A DNA stretch of 64,000 bases, from positions 86,143 through 150,142 of the forward strand of contig JAZQJG010000034.1 of the NCBI GenBank assembly GCA_045541535.1, written 5' to 3'. Origin of the DNA: Eubacteriales bacterium (GTDB taxonomy: Bacteria > Bacillota > Clostridia > Oscillospirales > QAKW01). A program made the position numbers and the translations under genes. The notes under the pieces are model-generated. The model was not told where the DNA came from, searched no databases, and was given only the letters and a program-made list of their open reading frames with translations. This document shows positions 7,689 to 14,674 of this stretch, one piece after another (positions within the stretch are counted from its first letter, which is position 1; every line of letters starts with the position of its first letter).

Positions 7689-10220
7689 TTATGCGGCGTG
7701 ATTATAAATAATCACAGCAACGTCTGCGCGGATGATGCTATCCTTGGGGTTGAAGTTTTTGCCATCACCCTGAATCAAGCGATAGTAGTTAGCAAGCTTG
7801 ATGGACTTGAGGGCCCAGGAGCTGATCTCCTTAGCATCGGCATATTTACCTTTAAATGCACTCTCAATCGCATCGGCTTCTGCTTTATACATCTTGTTTA
7901 CGGTAGTTTTATCAGCCGCAGCAATACTACGCAGGAAAACAGCGGTAAATTGCTCTCTGGTAGTGGTGGAGGAGCCTGCAAAATACAGATTTCCATTGTC
8001 AGAAATACCGGAAATCAAGCCGGCAGCAGTGGCCGTGCGGATGTAAGGCAATGCCCAGGGAGCTTCGCTCTGCATCTCAAAGAAATCATCATAGATTTCA
8101 TGCAGCTTAACGCCGTCAGCCATATCAACGTTCAAACCGCTCAAAGTAACCATTACCTTGGCCAATTCGTATCTGGTGATGTTGGCAGTGGCATTAACTC
8201 TCTTATTCTGGTCACCCACAAAAATGCCATAACCTTCATTATTTAAATAGTTTACGGCTTTGCGAGCATAAGCAGGGACACCGGCGAGATCGGAATAAAT
8301 CACAGCGTCACGATCGGAAACAACCGTTACGGGAATAGCCGCAGACTTCTCACCGTTTTCAGCAGTAACCTGAATGTAGAAGTAGTTGTACTTGGATTCC
8401 AGATCCACCTTGGTGGTGCTGGGTGCTTCGTACTTGCAAGCGGGATCCAAATAGAATTTGTAAGTAGCCTTGGTGTCAACGTTAACACTGGGCTTGATGG
8501 ACTTAACGCCGGCAGGCATCTCAACGTAATAACCGCCGTCTGCTTCAGTCAGAAACTCGGCGCCGGGCACGCCAAACAGGTGCAGCTTACAGTCGTTGGA
8601 GCCGCCAGACTCCTCAACGCCGTCTACAGGGAATGCAAAGATGCTGACATCATAATACTCAGTGGTGCTACCGTTGGTGGCAACCAGATATGCAGTAGTA
8701 ATATTCTCCTCTTTATTCAGAGAAATCTTGGAAATGAGCTTGCTCTGGGTATTGTCGGTATAAATCTTAACGGTAGTGCCACTCTTGGCAGTCATATTGG
8801 TCTCGGGTGAGAAGGTGTAAGTGCCGGATTCTTTGTCGGCAGGATAGATGTACAGACGTCTGGTATTATTATATTTCAATACCTCTCCGTCGTTCCATGC
8901 GGTAATCAAGTTGGGCGTGCTGTCCTGCAAGATCGCAGAAGTGGAAGAGAAGCTCATTGCAGCACCCTTACCATCGTAGAATTTATTTGTAGAATCAAAA
9001 TAGTACGGATAGGAAGAACTACTGGAAAGCGGAGTTTTATAACCCTCGAAACGGTTTCCGCTAATCTCCATATGCGTGTAAGAAGGCGTTCCGCCGACAC
9101 CGTCATAGTAAGTACCAAAGGCAGGAGAGCCGTCACCCGTAGACATAACGAAGAGATTGTCTTTACAAGTAAACTCTTGATTATGATAGGAGATCTGGTC
9201 CTGAATAGTTCTGTTACCAACAGCGGTAGCAACATTTATAAAATCATTACCAATCATTTCAAGGATAACGCGGGAACGCATCTGAATGCCAGCAACACCG
9301 CTCTCACGAGCAGCAAAGTTGATGGAGTTGATGCCGCCGAAATCCTCAAAGTGATTATAGAGGTATCTACGAGCAAGCGCCTTATCGGGAGCCAAAGAAT
9401 TAGAGGGAGAAATACCACCAAGATATTCAATAAGACTGTTGGTATTTTTGTCGGCGCCGGATTTCATATGAGCAACATAACTGTTTTGGATCGTAACGCT
9501 CTCGGCCTTTGTATTATGGAATCTGGAAACAGCGTCGTTTTTGTCTGCACGGATGCTATCAATCGTGACGTAACGATTGATAGTGTCAGTGTTCATCAGA
9601 AAATATGAATCGCAAGAACTGTCTTTAAAAAACAGATTCTTGAAAGTATAGTTAACGATGATTTTTTCCGCAGCACGGGTGGTGTCCTTGATTCTACCGG
9701 AGCCGGTGAAGGCAATACCGTCAATGACAACGTTATTACAGCCGGTACCGATCAAGATGTCCGTGGTGAAGACGGCTTCCTTAGTGGGATCCAGGCTTCT
9801 GTTGTTCTTAAGCGCCCATTTTTCCATAGAAGGATCATAATCGTCCAAATAGGGACTGTTATTGGGGTTTTTGCCGAAATACGGTCCGCAAAGGTTGATA
9901 TCACTGCTCAAAGTGATGGGATCGCTGTAAGTACCGGGAGCCAAAACCACCGTTCTTTCAACGCCTTCGGGCAACCAAGCGGCAGAAGCAGCCTCTACAG
10001 TCGCAAAAGCATTTAAACCAAACTCAAGCTGATACAGTTCGCCGCCCAACTCATAGTCAAACTGCTCCTGCAACGTAAGACCGGTCCAATCGTCGTTTAC
10101 AACCAGATAACCCTCAGGCAACGCAGAGTATACCGGGGCTGCAAAAACGAAGCAGGACATTGTGGACAGCACCAACAAAACTGCAATTGTCAGCGCCAAG
10201 ATCTTTCTACCTCTTTGCAT
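7689..10220 (-). CDS. Large secreted cell-surface protein: signal peptide, beta-helix-like repeat region, Ig/cadherin-like modules, three C-terminal SLH domains
   Basis: N-terminal signal peptide (ILALTIAVLLVLSTMSCFVFAAP). Parallel beta-helix-type segments are present (NNVVIDGIAFTGSGRI...). The SLH repeats are at the C-terminus (PAYARKAVNYLNNEGY, EAPWALPYIRTATAAGLISG, ISSWALKSIKLANYYRLIQG). Confidence 0.8.
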   Translation of the reverse strand: MQRGRKILALTIAVLLVLSTMSCFVFAAPVYSALPEGYLVVNDDWTGLTLQEQFDYELGGELYQLEFGLNAFATVEAASAAWLPEGVERTVVLAPGTYSDPITLSSDINLCGPYFGKNPNNSPYLDDYDPSMEKWALKNNRSLDPTKEAVFTTDILIGTGCNNVVIDGIAFTGSGRIKDTTRAAEKIIVNYTFKNLFFKDSSCDSYFLMNTDTINRYVTIDSIRADKNDAVSRFHNTKAESVTIQNSYVAHMKSGADKNTNSLIEYLGGISPSNSLAPDKALARRYLYNHFEDFGGINSINFAARESGVAGIQMRSRVILEMIGNDFINVATAVGNRTIQDQISYHNQEFTCKDNLFVMSTGDGSPAFGTYYDGVGGTPSYTHMEISGNRFEGYKTPLSSSSSYPYYFDSTNKFYDGKGAAMSFSSTSAILQDSTPNLITAWNDGEVLKYNNTRRLYIYPADKESGTYTFSPETNMTAKSGTTVKIYTDNTQSKLISKISLNKEENITTAYLVATNGSTTEYYDVSIFAFPVDGVEESGGSNDCKLHLFGVPGAEFLTEADGGYYVEMPAGVKSIKPSVNVDTKATYKFYLDPACKYEAPSTTKVDLESKYNYFYIQVTAENGEKSAAIPVTVVSDRDAVIYSDLAGVPAYARKAVNYLNNEGYGIFVGDQNKRVNATANITRYELAKVMVTLSGLNVDMADGVKLHEIYDDFFEMQSEAPWALPYIRTATAAGLISGISDNGNLYFAGSSTTTREQFTAVFLRSIAAADKTTVNKMYKAEADAIESAFKGKYADAKEISSWALKSIKLANYYRLIQGDGKNFNPKDSIIRADVAVIIYNHAA

Positions 10221-10349
10221 TACATTTCCTCCTCATTGGGGCAATTGAACAAAAGAAACAATAGAATTTTGTTCACTTTGCACAATGCCCAGTTATATAC
10301 ATTAATCATAGCATATTTATATATATATTTCAAGCAGATTTTTGCTTTT

Positions 10350-10395
10350 TTTAAATAAATATTAAGGAGACGATACAAAACCGTATTGTCTCCTT
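10350..10395 (-). terminator. Probable terminator after the PqqD-like gene
   Basis: AAGGAGACGATAC-AAAACC-GTATTGTCTCCTT hairpin with one mismatch and an AT-rich tail. Confidence 0.5.
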
Positions 10396-10428
10396 TCTAA
10401 GCACAATGGAGTGCGCCGATATAACACA

Positions 10429-10689
10429 TTACTCCTCCAGCAAGTCGGCCTCTCTGAGTTTTTGCAAAAAACACTCCACGTCTTTGAGAAGTACGTCAGA
10501 ATCCACTTCATACAGTTCCAGCATTCCCCGCACCAACTCCTCCGAAGTGCAATCCGTTTGCAACATTTCCCAAAGATCAACACCGCTTTGATTTAAGGTC
10601 ATCAAATAATTGTTATCCAGCTCTTCTACAGAAACGATCACTGCGCTGTCTGCAACTTTTCTCAAAGCGTAACCGTCTTTAATTCTCAT
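10429..10689 (-). CDS. PqqD-family small protein (RiPP recognition element-like), stand-alone
   Basis: The 86-aa product matches the PqqD pattern: beta-strand start (GYALRKVADSAVIVSV), then LNQSGVDLWEMLQTDCTSEELVRGMLELYEVDSDVLLKDVECFLQKLREADLL. A strong RBS (GAGGGAGGAG) precedes it. Confidence 0.8.
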   Translation of the reverse strand: MRIKDGYALRKVADSAVIVSVEELDNNYLMTLNQSGVDLWEMLQTDCTSEELVRGMLELYEVDSDVLLKDVECFLQKLREADLLEE

Positions 10690-10737
10690 ATTCTATCTCC
10701 TCCCTCGCCCACCAAGCCTGCGATTTGCAACAAAAAC

Positions 10738-10766
10738 ATTATATCACTCATCAAAGAGGATGTAAA
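10738..10766 (-). promoter_or_regulatory. Sigma-A-type promoter dedicated to the PqqD-like gene
   Basis: TTTACA-17 nt-TATAAT on the minus strand, between the pstB stop and the PqqD-like start. Confidence 0.55.
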
Positions 10767-10768
10767 GT

Positions 10769-11563
10769 TTATTGTCTGAGATATGCCGCCGTTCGATTAT
10801 CTCTCGGACAATCAAAAAGTTGCGACGTTACACCCGTTTCCACCAATCTGCCTTGCTCAAAATAGGCCGTATGATCACAAACAGTTTTAACTTGACGCAG
10901 ATTGTGAGAAACCAACAGCATTGTAAGTTTCCCCTTCAACGAAATCAGCAATTGTTCAATGTGTTCCGTGGAAATCGGATCCAAAGCCGAGGTGGGTTCG
11001 TCTAACAACAACACTTCCGGTTTTACAGCAAGCGCCCTAGCAATGCAAAGACGTTGTTGTTGTCCGCCGGACAGACCACGCGCAGAAGAGTGCAACCGAT
11101 CCTTGACCTCGTCCCATAGAAAGGCGTTGCGCAGGCTTTCCTCCACCACACAATCCAGCCTTGATTTATCTTTTACGCCGAGGCCTTTTGGCCCAAAGGC
11201 AATATTTTTATATATTGACATCGCGAAAGGCGTGGGCCGCTGAAATACCATCCCGATTTTTCTACGAAGCGCTAACGCCGGCAAGTCCGAAATGCTACAT
11301 CCGTCCAGTGAAATCTCACCTTTCATCCGATAACCGTCATTTAGTTCATTAATGCGGTTAAAGCACTTTAAAAACGTGGTCTTACCACATCCGGAGGGGC
11401 CGATCAACGCCATGATCTCCCCATTATTTACAGAAAGTGAAACGTCAAAAAGCACCTGGTCTTTTTTAAAAAATACCGACAAATTGTCACAACGCAACTC
11501 GCTCAACGCACATCCCCCGCCGCAATAAATTTTGAAACAAGAAACAACATCACTGCGAAGCAC
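10769..11563 (-). CDS. pstB: Phosphate ABC transporter ATP-binding protein
   Basis: Walker A GPSGCGKTT and signature LSGGQQQRLCIARAL; PstB-typical FNRINEL. The true start may be the TTG at 11506, which forms a TTGA overlap with the pstA stop and is preceded by GGGGGA. Confidence 0.9.
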   Translation of the reverse strand: MLRSDVVSCFKIYCGGGCALSELRCDNLSVFFKKDQVLFDVSLSVNNGEIMALIGPSGCGKTTFLKCFNRINELNDGYRMKGEISLDGCSISDLPALALRRKIGMVFQRPTPFAMSIYKNIAFGPKGLGVKDKSRLDCVVEESLRNAFLWDEVKDRLHSSARGLSGGQQQRLCIARALAVKPEVLLLDEPTSALDPISTEHIEQLLISLKGKLTMLLVSHNLRQVKTVCDHTAYFEQGRLVETGVTSQLFDCPRDNRTAAYLRQ

Positions 11564-12315
11564 AACAGCACCGCAGAGGTGGCATATGCCTCCGAAAGAA
11601 ATAAACCTTCACCGGCCAACGTATATACTTGCACCGCAAGAGTTCTACCGGAGGATAGAAGTGAAGAAATCACGCCCCCCGCCGTCCCGAGAGTGAAAAT
11701 CAGTGCCGCCGATTCCCCCACCACTCTGCCTGCCGATAACAGTATTCCGGAACAAACGCCACGCCAACATTGGGGTAGCAGAGCAAAGAGCATCACGTAC
11801 ATTTTGCTCTGCCCCAAGGATAGACCGGACAGATACACCTCTGTCGGTACACCCTGCAACGCCTGCTCACAGCAACGAATCAAAATCGGCAAAATTATAA
11901 TTGCCATTGTCAGCGTACCCGCCAACAACGAAAAGCCCATTGCGCCCATCTCCACAAAAACCAACATACCGAATAATGCATATACAATAGATGGCACGGC
12001 GCCCAAAGAATCAATCAATGCCTGCAAAGGGCCCGTCAAACGAGGCCAGCGACGCTGGTAAAACCACAAAAACATCGCCGCAAACAATGCAATCGGAAAT
12101 GCAAAAAGCAACGTAAGCAGCACAAGGAGCGCCGTGTTATATACCGAAGGCATCACGGAATAAATCTCCCCGTCCGACAAAAATATTCCGCCGCCACGTG
12201 CGGCAACGCTTTTGGAAACGATCACGATCGGAACTATCAGTAAGAGGAATACAATTCCCGTAAAGCAAAGAAACATCACCATCTCAAACAGTTTTTCCGC
12301 CAATTTACTTTTCAT
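11503..12315 (-). CDS. pstA: Phosphate ABC transporter permease
   Basis: Polytopic permease with an EAA-type loop (GLSLGQSKMYVMLFALLP), positioned between pstC and pstB. Confidence 0.85.
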   Translation of the reverse strand: MKSKLAEKLFEMVMFLCFTGIVFLLLIVPIVIVSKSVAARGGGIFLSDGEIYSVMPSVYNTALLVLLTLLFAFPIALFAAMFLWFYQRRWPRLTGPLQALIDSLGAVPSIVYALFGMLVFVEMGAMGFSLLAGTLTMAIIILPILIRCCEQALQGVPTEVYLSGLSLGQSKMYVMLFALLPQCWRGVCSGILLSAGRVVGESAALIFTLGTAGGVISSLLSSGRTLAVQVYTLAGEGLFLSEAYATSAVLLCFAVMLFLVSKFIAAGDVR

Positions 12316-13162
12316 GTATCCATTTCCGTTTCATTTGAAAAATCAATAATTCCAATACCAATATCATTATAAGCAGCACCATTCCGCAAGCAATCAAAGC
12401 CTGTCTGTGCAACCCCGTAGCATACCCCATCTCCAAGGAAATATTGGTAGTTAAAGTTCTCACACCTCCGGCAAGGCTGTCCGGAAAAACTGCCGTGTTT
12501 CCGACGATCAGCAGTACCGCCATTGTTTCTCCCACTGCTCGCCCCAGTGCTGAAATACCCGCAGAAAAGATACCGTAAGAAGACAATGGCAATATACATT
12601 TCAAAACACTGCGGGTTTTTGTTTCTCCGAGCGCCACTGCACACATATAGTATTCTTCCGGAATGGAATCAAGTTCGCTGCTATACAACGTCATCACCGT
12701 AGGAAGCACCATTAGCGCCAGAAGCAAACCGGCAGTAAACAACGAAAAGCCCGTACCTCCAATAATTTGTTTTACCACTTTTGTCAGCAACGAAAGCGCA
12801 AATAACCCATACACGATAGAAGGAATTGACGCCATGATCCCAACCAACGTTTCAAACACTAAGCGAATGCGTCTCGACGCGTAGTATTTCCCATATATAA
12901 CTGCCATCAAGCCTGCAGGCAAAGCGAGAACGAGCGCCAGCATCGTAGTTAGAAAAGTCCCCAGTATCATTGGCAGTATTCCGAATTTTTCATCACTTGG
13001 TTTCCACACAGAGCCAAACAAAAAATCAGTCAAAGAATAGGATTCAAAAAAATTCTTTGCATCCCCATACAAGAATAGCAAGATCAACAGTACCATTACC
13101 GCAGTCAACACAGCGCTGATCCACATAAATACAAAGCCACATTTATTCCAATCAATTTTCAT
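12305..13162 (-). CDS. pstC: Phosphate ABC transporter permease
   Basis: Polytopic permease with an EAA-type loop (AVALGETKTRSVLKCILP), directly after pstS. Confidence 0.85.
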   Translation of the reverse strand: MKIDWNKCGFVFMWISAVLTAVMVLLILLFLYGDAKNFFESYSLTDFLFGSVWKPSDEKFGILPMILGTFLTTMLALVLALPAGLMAVIYGKYYASRRIRLVFETLVGIMASIPSIVYGLFALSLLTKVVKQIIGGTGFSLFTAGLLLALMVLPTVMTLYSSELDSIPEEYYMCAVALGETKTRSVLKCILPLSSYGIFSAGISALGRAVGETMAVLLIVGNTAVFPDSLAGGVRTLTTNISLEMGYATGLHRQALIACGMVLLIMILVLELLIFQMKRKWIHEK

Positions 13163-13985
13163 TCAATTCGTCCCATTTTTTCACACTCCCGGAAAAGATT
13201 TCCGAAAGTTCGCTCATCGTAAAAGAATCTTGCATATTATCAGGATGAACTATTATGGCAATGGCATCTCCGGCAATTTCTTTTACAACAACCTCCTGCG
13301 AAAGTTCATCGTCCGTCAATTCTCTGGAAGACATTGCCAAGTCAATCACTTGTCTCCCAAGCAAAGCCAGGCCCGTAGAAGAATCGTTTTGCTGCACTTC
13401 AATTGTAACCCCCGGATGCTCTTTCATATACAACGAAGAGAGCCGATTCATCAGCGGGTAAACCGAAGCAGACCCCGCAACCGTCAACTTGCCTTCAAGC
13501 TCTCTTGCCGCATCGTAATGCGTTCTCTTTACCGCCGGAAAATATCCCATCTCAACAGTTTCTTCAGCCGCCAGATCCGATGTTAGAAAAACGACAAAAT
13601 CCGACAAAACAGGGTTGGTATTTTCTTGGTTATATGCCACCAGAAAATATCGAAAAAAAGGATACTGTTTTCCATCTGTTGGATATAGCCCGTTTACGGC
13701 AACGGTTTTTACGTTGCTGCTTTCCGAAACCGAAGCCGCCGAAAGAAATCCGATGGCATCCACGTTCTGCTCCACCGCCGAGAGCATAACGGCCCCGAGG
13801 TTTGTAACGTTTGCATAGGGGGAAATCAGGTCAACGCCATCTTGCACAAGGCCAAGGACACGTGCAAAATTCTCCCGTGTGCCGGAGCCCTCTTCCCTAC
13901 AAAATAGTTGAATCTCTCCTTGGGTATATGAACAACCATTTAATAAGCAAATCGTTGCCAGTAACAAACACGTCGCCCTTTTCAA
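13152..13985 (-). CDS. pstS: Phosphate-binding lipoprotein (PBP_like_2 / PstS family), apparently circularly permuted
   Basis: Lipobox LLNGC. PstS hallmark segments REEGSGTRENF, VAGSASVYPL and IFSGSVKKWDEL are present but in swapped order. The likely start is the TTG at 13985 after GAGGTG; the ORF track lists a GTG at 13994. Confidence 0.8.
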   Translation of the reverse strand: MKRATCLLLATICLLNGCSYTQGEIQLFCREEGSGTRENFARVLGLVQDGVDLISPYANVTNLGAVMLSAVEQNVDAIGFLSAASVSESSNVKTVAVNGLYPTDGKQYPFFRYFLVAYNQENTNPVLSDFVVFLTSDLAAEETVEMGYFPAVKRTHYDAARELEGKLTVAGSASVYPLMNRLSSLYMKEHPGVTIEVQQNDSSTGLALLGRQVIDLAMSSRELTDDELSQEVVVKEIAGDAIAIIVHPDNMQDSFTMSELSEIFSGSVKKWDELNEN

Positions 13986-14046
13986 GTCACTCACCTCAAA
14001 ACTATTTTATCAACATTTTCAAAAATAATACGATGTCAAAACGGAC

Positions 14047-14075
14047 AAAAACCGCAACTCCATTCCGAGTTGCGG
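14047..14075 (-). terminator. Intrinsic terminator (minus strand) upstream of pstS
   Basis: CCGCAACTC-GGAATG-GAGTTGCGG followed by TTTTT on the minus strand. Confidence 0.65.
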
Positions 14076-14098
14076 CCAATTAATGTTATATTTCAATG

Positions 14099-14137
14099 AA
14101 AAAGACCTATGCTTTGAATCAAAGCATAGGTCTTTTA
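14099..14137. terminator. Long perfect hairpin, bidirectional terminator-like
   Basis: Perfect 18-bp inverted repeat AAAAGACCTATGCTTTGA/TCAAAGCATAGGTCTTTT with T-runs on both strands. Confidence 0.7.
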
Positions 14138-14204
14138 TGGAAAGGGTGTACAAATTCGATGCCCTTTTATTTTTTGAGCTATGTGTTCGAACTCCTACAT
14201 CTTT

Positions 14205-14388
14205 TAGAATGAAATATTTTCCTTGCGGAAAATATGAAATAATTCACTACAGTGAATTGTGAAATTTTGTGCTTACGCAGAAAGTGAAATAAAATTCGCC
14301 TATTTACATTTGCGAAGCAAATATTTCATAACGATGTTATTTCATATGCGACAGCATATTTCACTCGCCGAAAGGCGAATTTCATTGA
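14205..14388. repeat. Non-coding array of short perfect hairpins punctuated by TGAAAT (left half) / ATTTCA (right half)
   Basis: GAAAT starts at 14211, 14236, 14261 and 14286, an exact 25-nt period. ATTTC starts at 14323, 14339, 14358 and 14379. The palindromes between them are 14214-14235, 14241-14258, 14266-14283 (imperfect), 14308-14322, 14344-14359 and 14365-14378. Confidence 0.7.
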
Positions 14389-14420
14389 AAAAGCGACTTG
14401 TGTGACACAAGTCGCTTTTT
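14388..14420 (-). terminator. Intrinsic terminator after tRNA-Ser
   Basis: Perfect 16-bp inverted repeat AAAAAGCGACTTGTGT/ACACAAGTCGCTTTTT, immediately 3' of the tRNA. Confidence 0.8.
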
Positions 14421-14421
14421 C

Positions 14422-14513
14422 TGGCGGAGAGAGAGGGATTCGAACCCTCGAGACGCTATCAACGCCTACACGATTTCCAATCGTGCGCCTTCGGCCATCT
14501 CAGCCATCTCTCC
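14422..14513 (-). tRNA. tRNA-Ser (anticodon GGA), CCA encoded
   Basis: The reverse complement reads GGAGAGATGGCTGAGATGGCCGAAGGCGCACGATTGGAAATCGTG...GGTTCGAATCCCTCTCTCTCCGCCA. It has anticodon loop TTGGAAA and a long variable arm. Confidence 0.9.
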
Positions 14514-14530
14514 TCATTTGACGCTAAATT

Positions 14531-14559
14531 AGTATATATGATTTTTTAGCAAAAGTCAA
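14531..14559 (-). promoter_or_regulatory. Sigma-A-type promoter for tRNA-Ser
   Basis: TTGACT-17 nt-TATACT on the minus strand, about 18 nt upstream of the tRNA 5' end. Confidence 0.6.
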
Positions 14560-14617
14560 GACAAATTCAAAAATTCTCATTGCTTTTTTCAAAAAAACAT
14601 TTTCTCTTCTAAATTTG

Positions 14618-14645
14618 TTTACTTTAACACAAAATATGTTATAAT
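14618..14645 (+). promoter_or_regulatory. Candidate extended -10 promoter for the GH94-like gene
   Basis: TTTACT-16 nt-(TGT)TATAAT on the plus strand, about 30 nt upstream of the AGGAGG RBS. Confidence 0.5.
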
Positions 14646-14674
14646 TGTTCTATAAAAACATCAGGAGGTCCAAC

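Noticed and set aside
13995-14100. Pho-box (PhoP-binding direct repeats) or a clear promoter upstream of pstS.
   Set aside because: I could not find convincing TTAACA-like 11-bp-phased repeats or a properly spaced -35/-10 pair by eye, so no feature is reported.
14141-14204. tRNA fragment or pseudogene (GTTCGAAC T-loop-like sequence).
   Set aside because: Only a short T-arm-like palindrome is present. No acceptor or anticodon arm can be built.
14205-14388. Possible CRISPR array, SRP/6S RNA, or small-protein genes in the hairpin island.
   Set aside because: The conserved unit is only 6-7 nt and the variable parts are palindromes, unlike a CRISPR array of 24-37-nt repeats with unique spacers. 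No SRP domain-IV motif or 6S-like architecture was recognisable. The 17- and 49-codon readings lack an RBS and are out of register with the 25-nt period. I kept it as an unexplained structured repeat.
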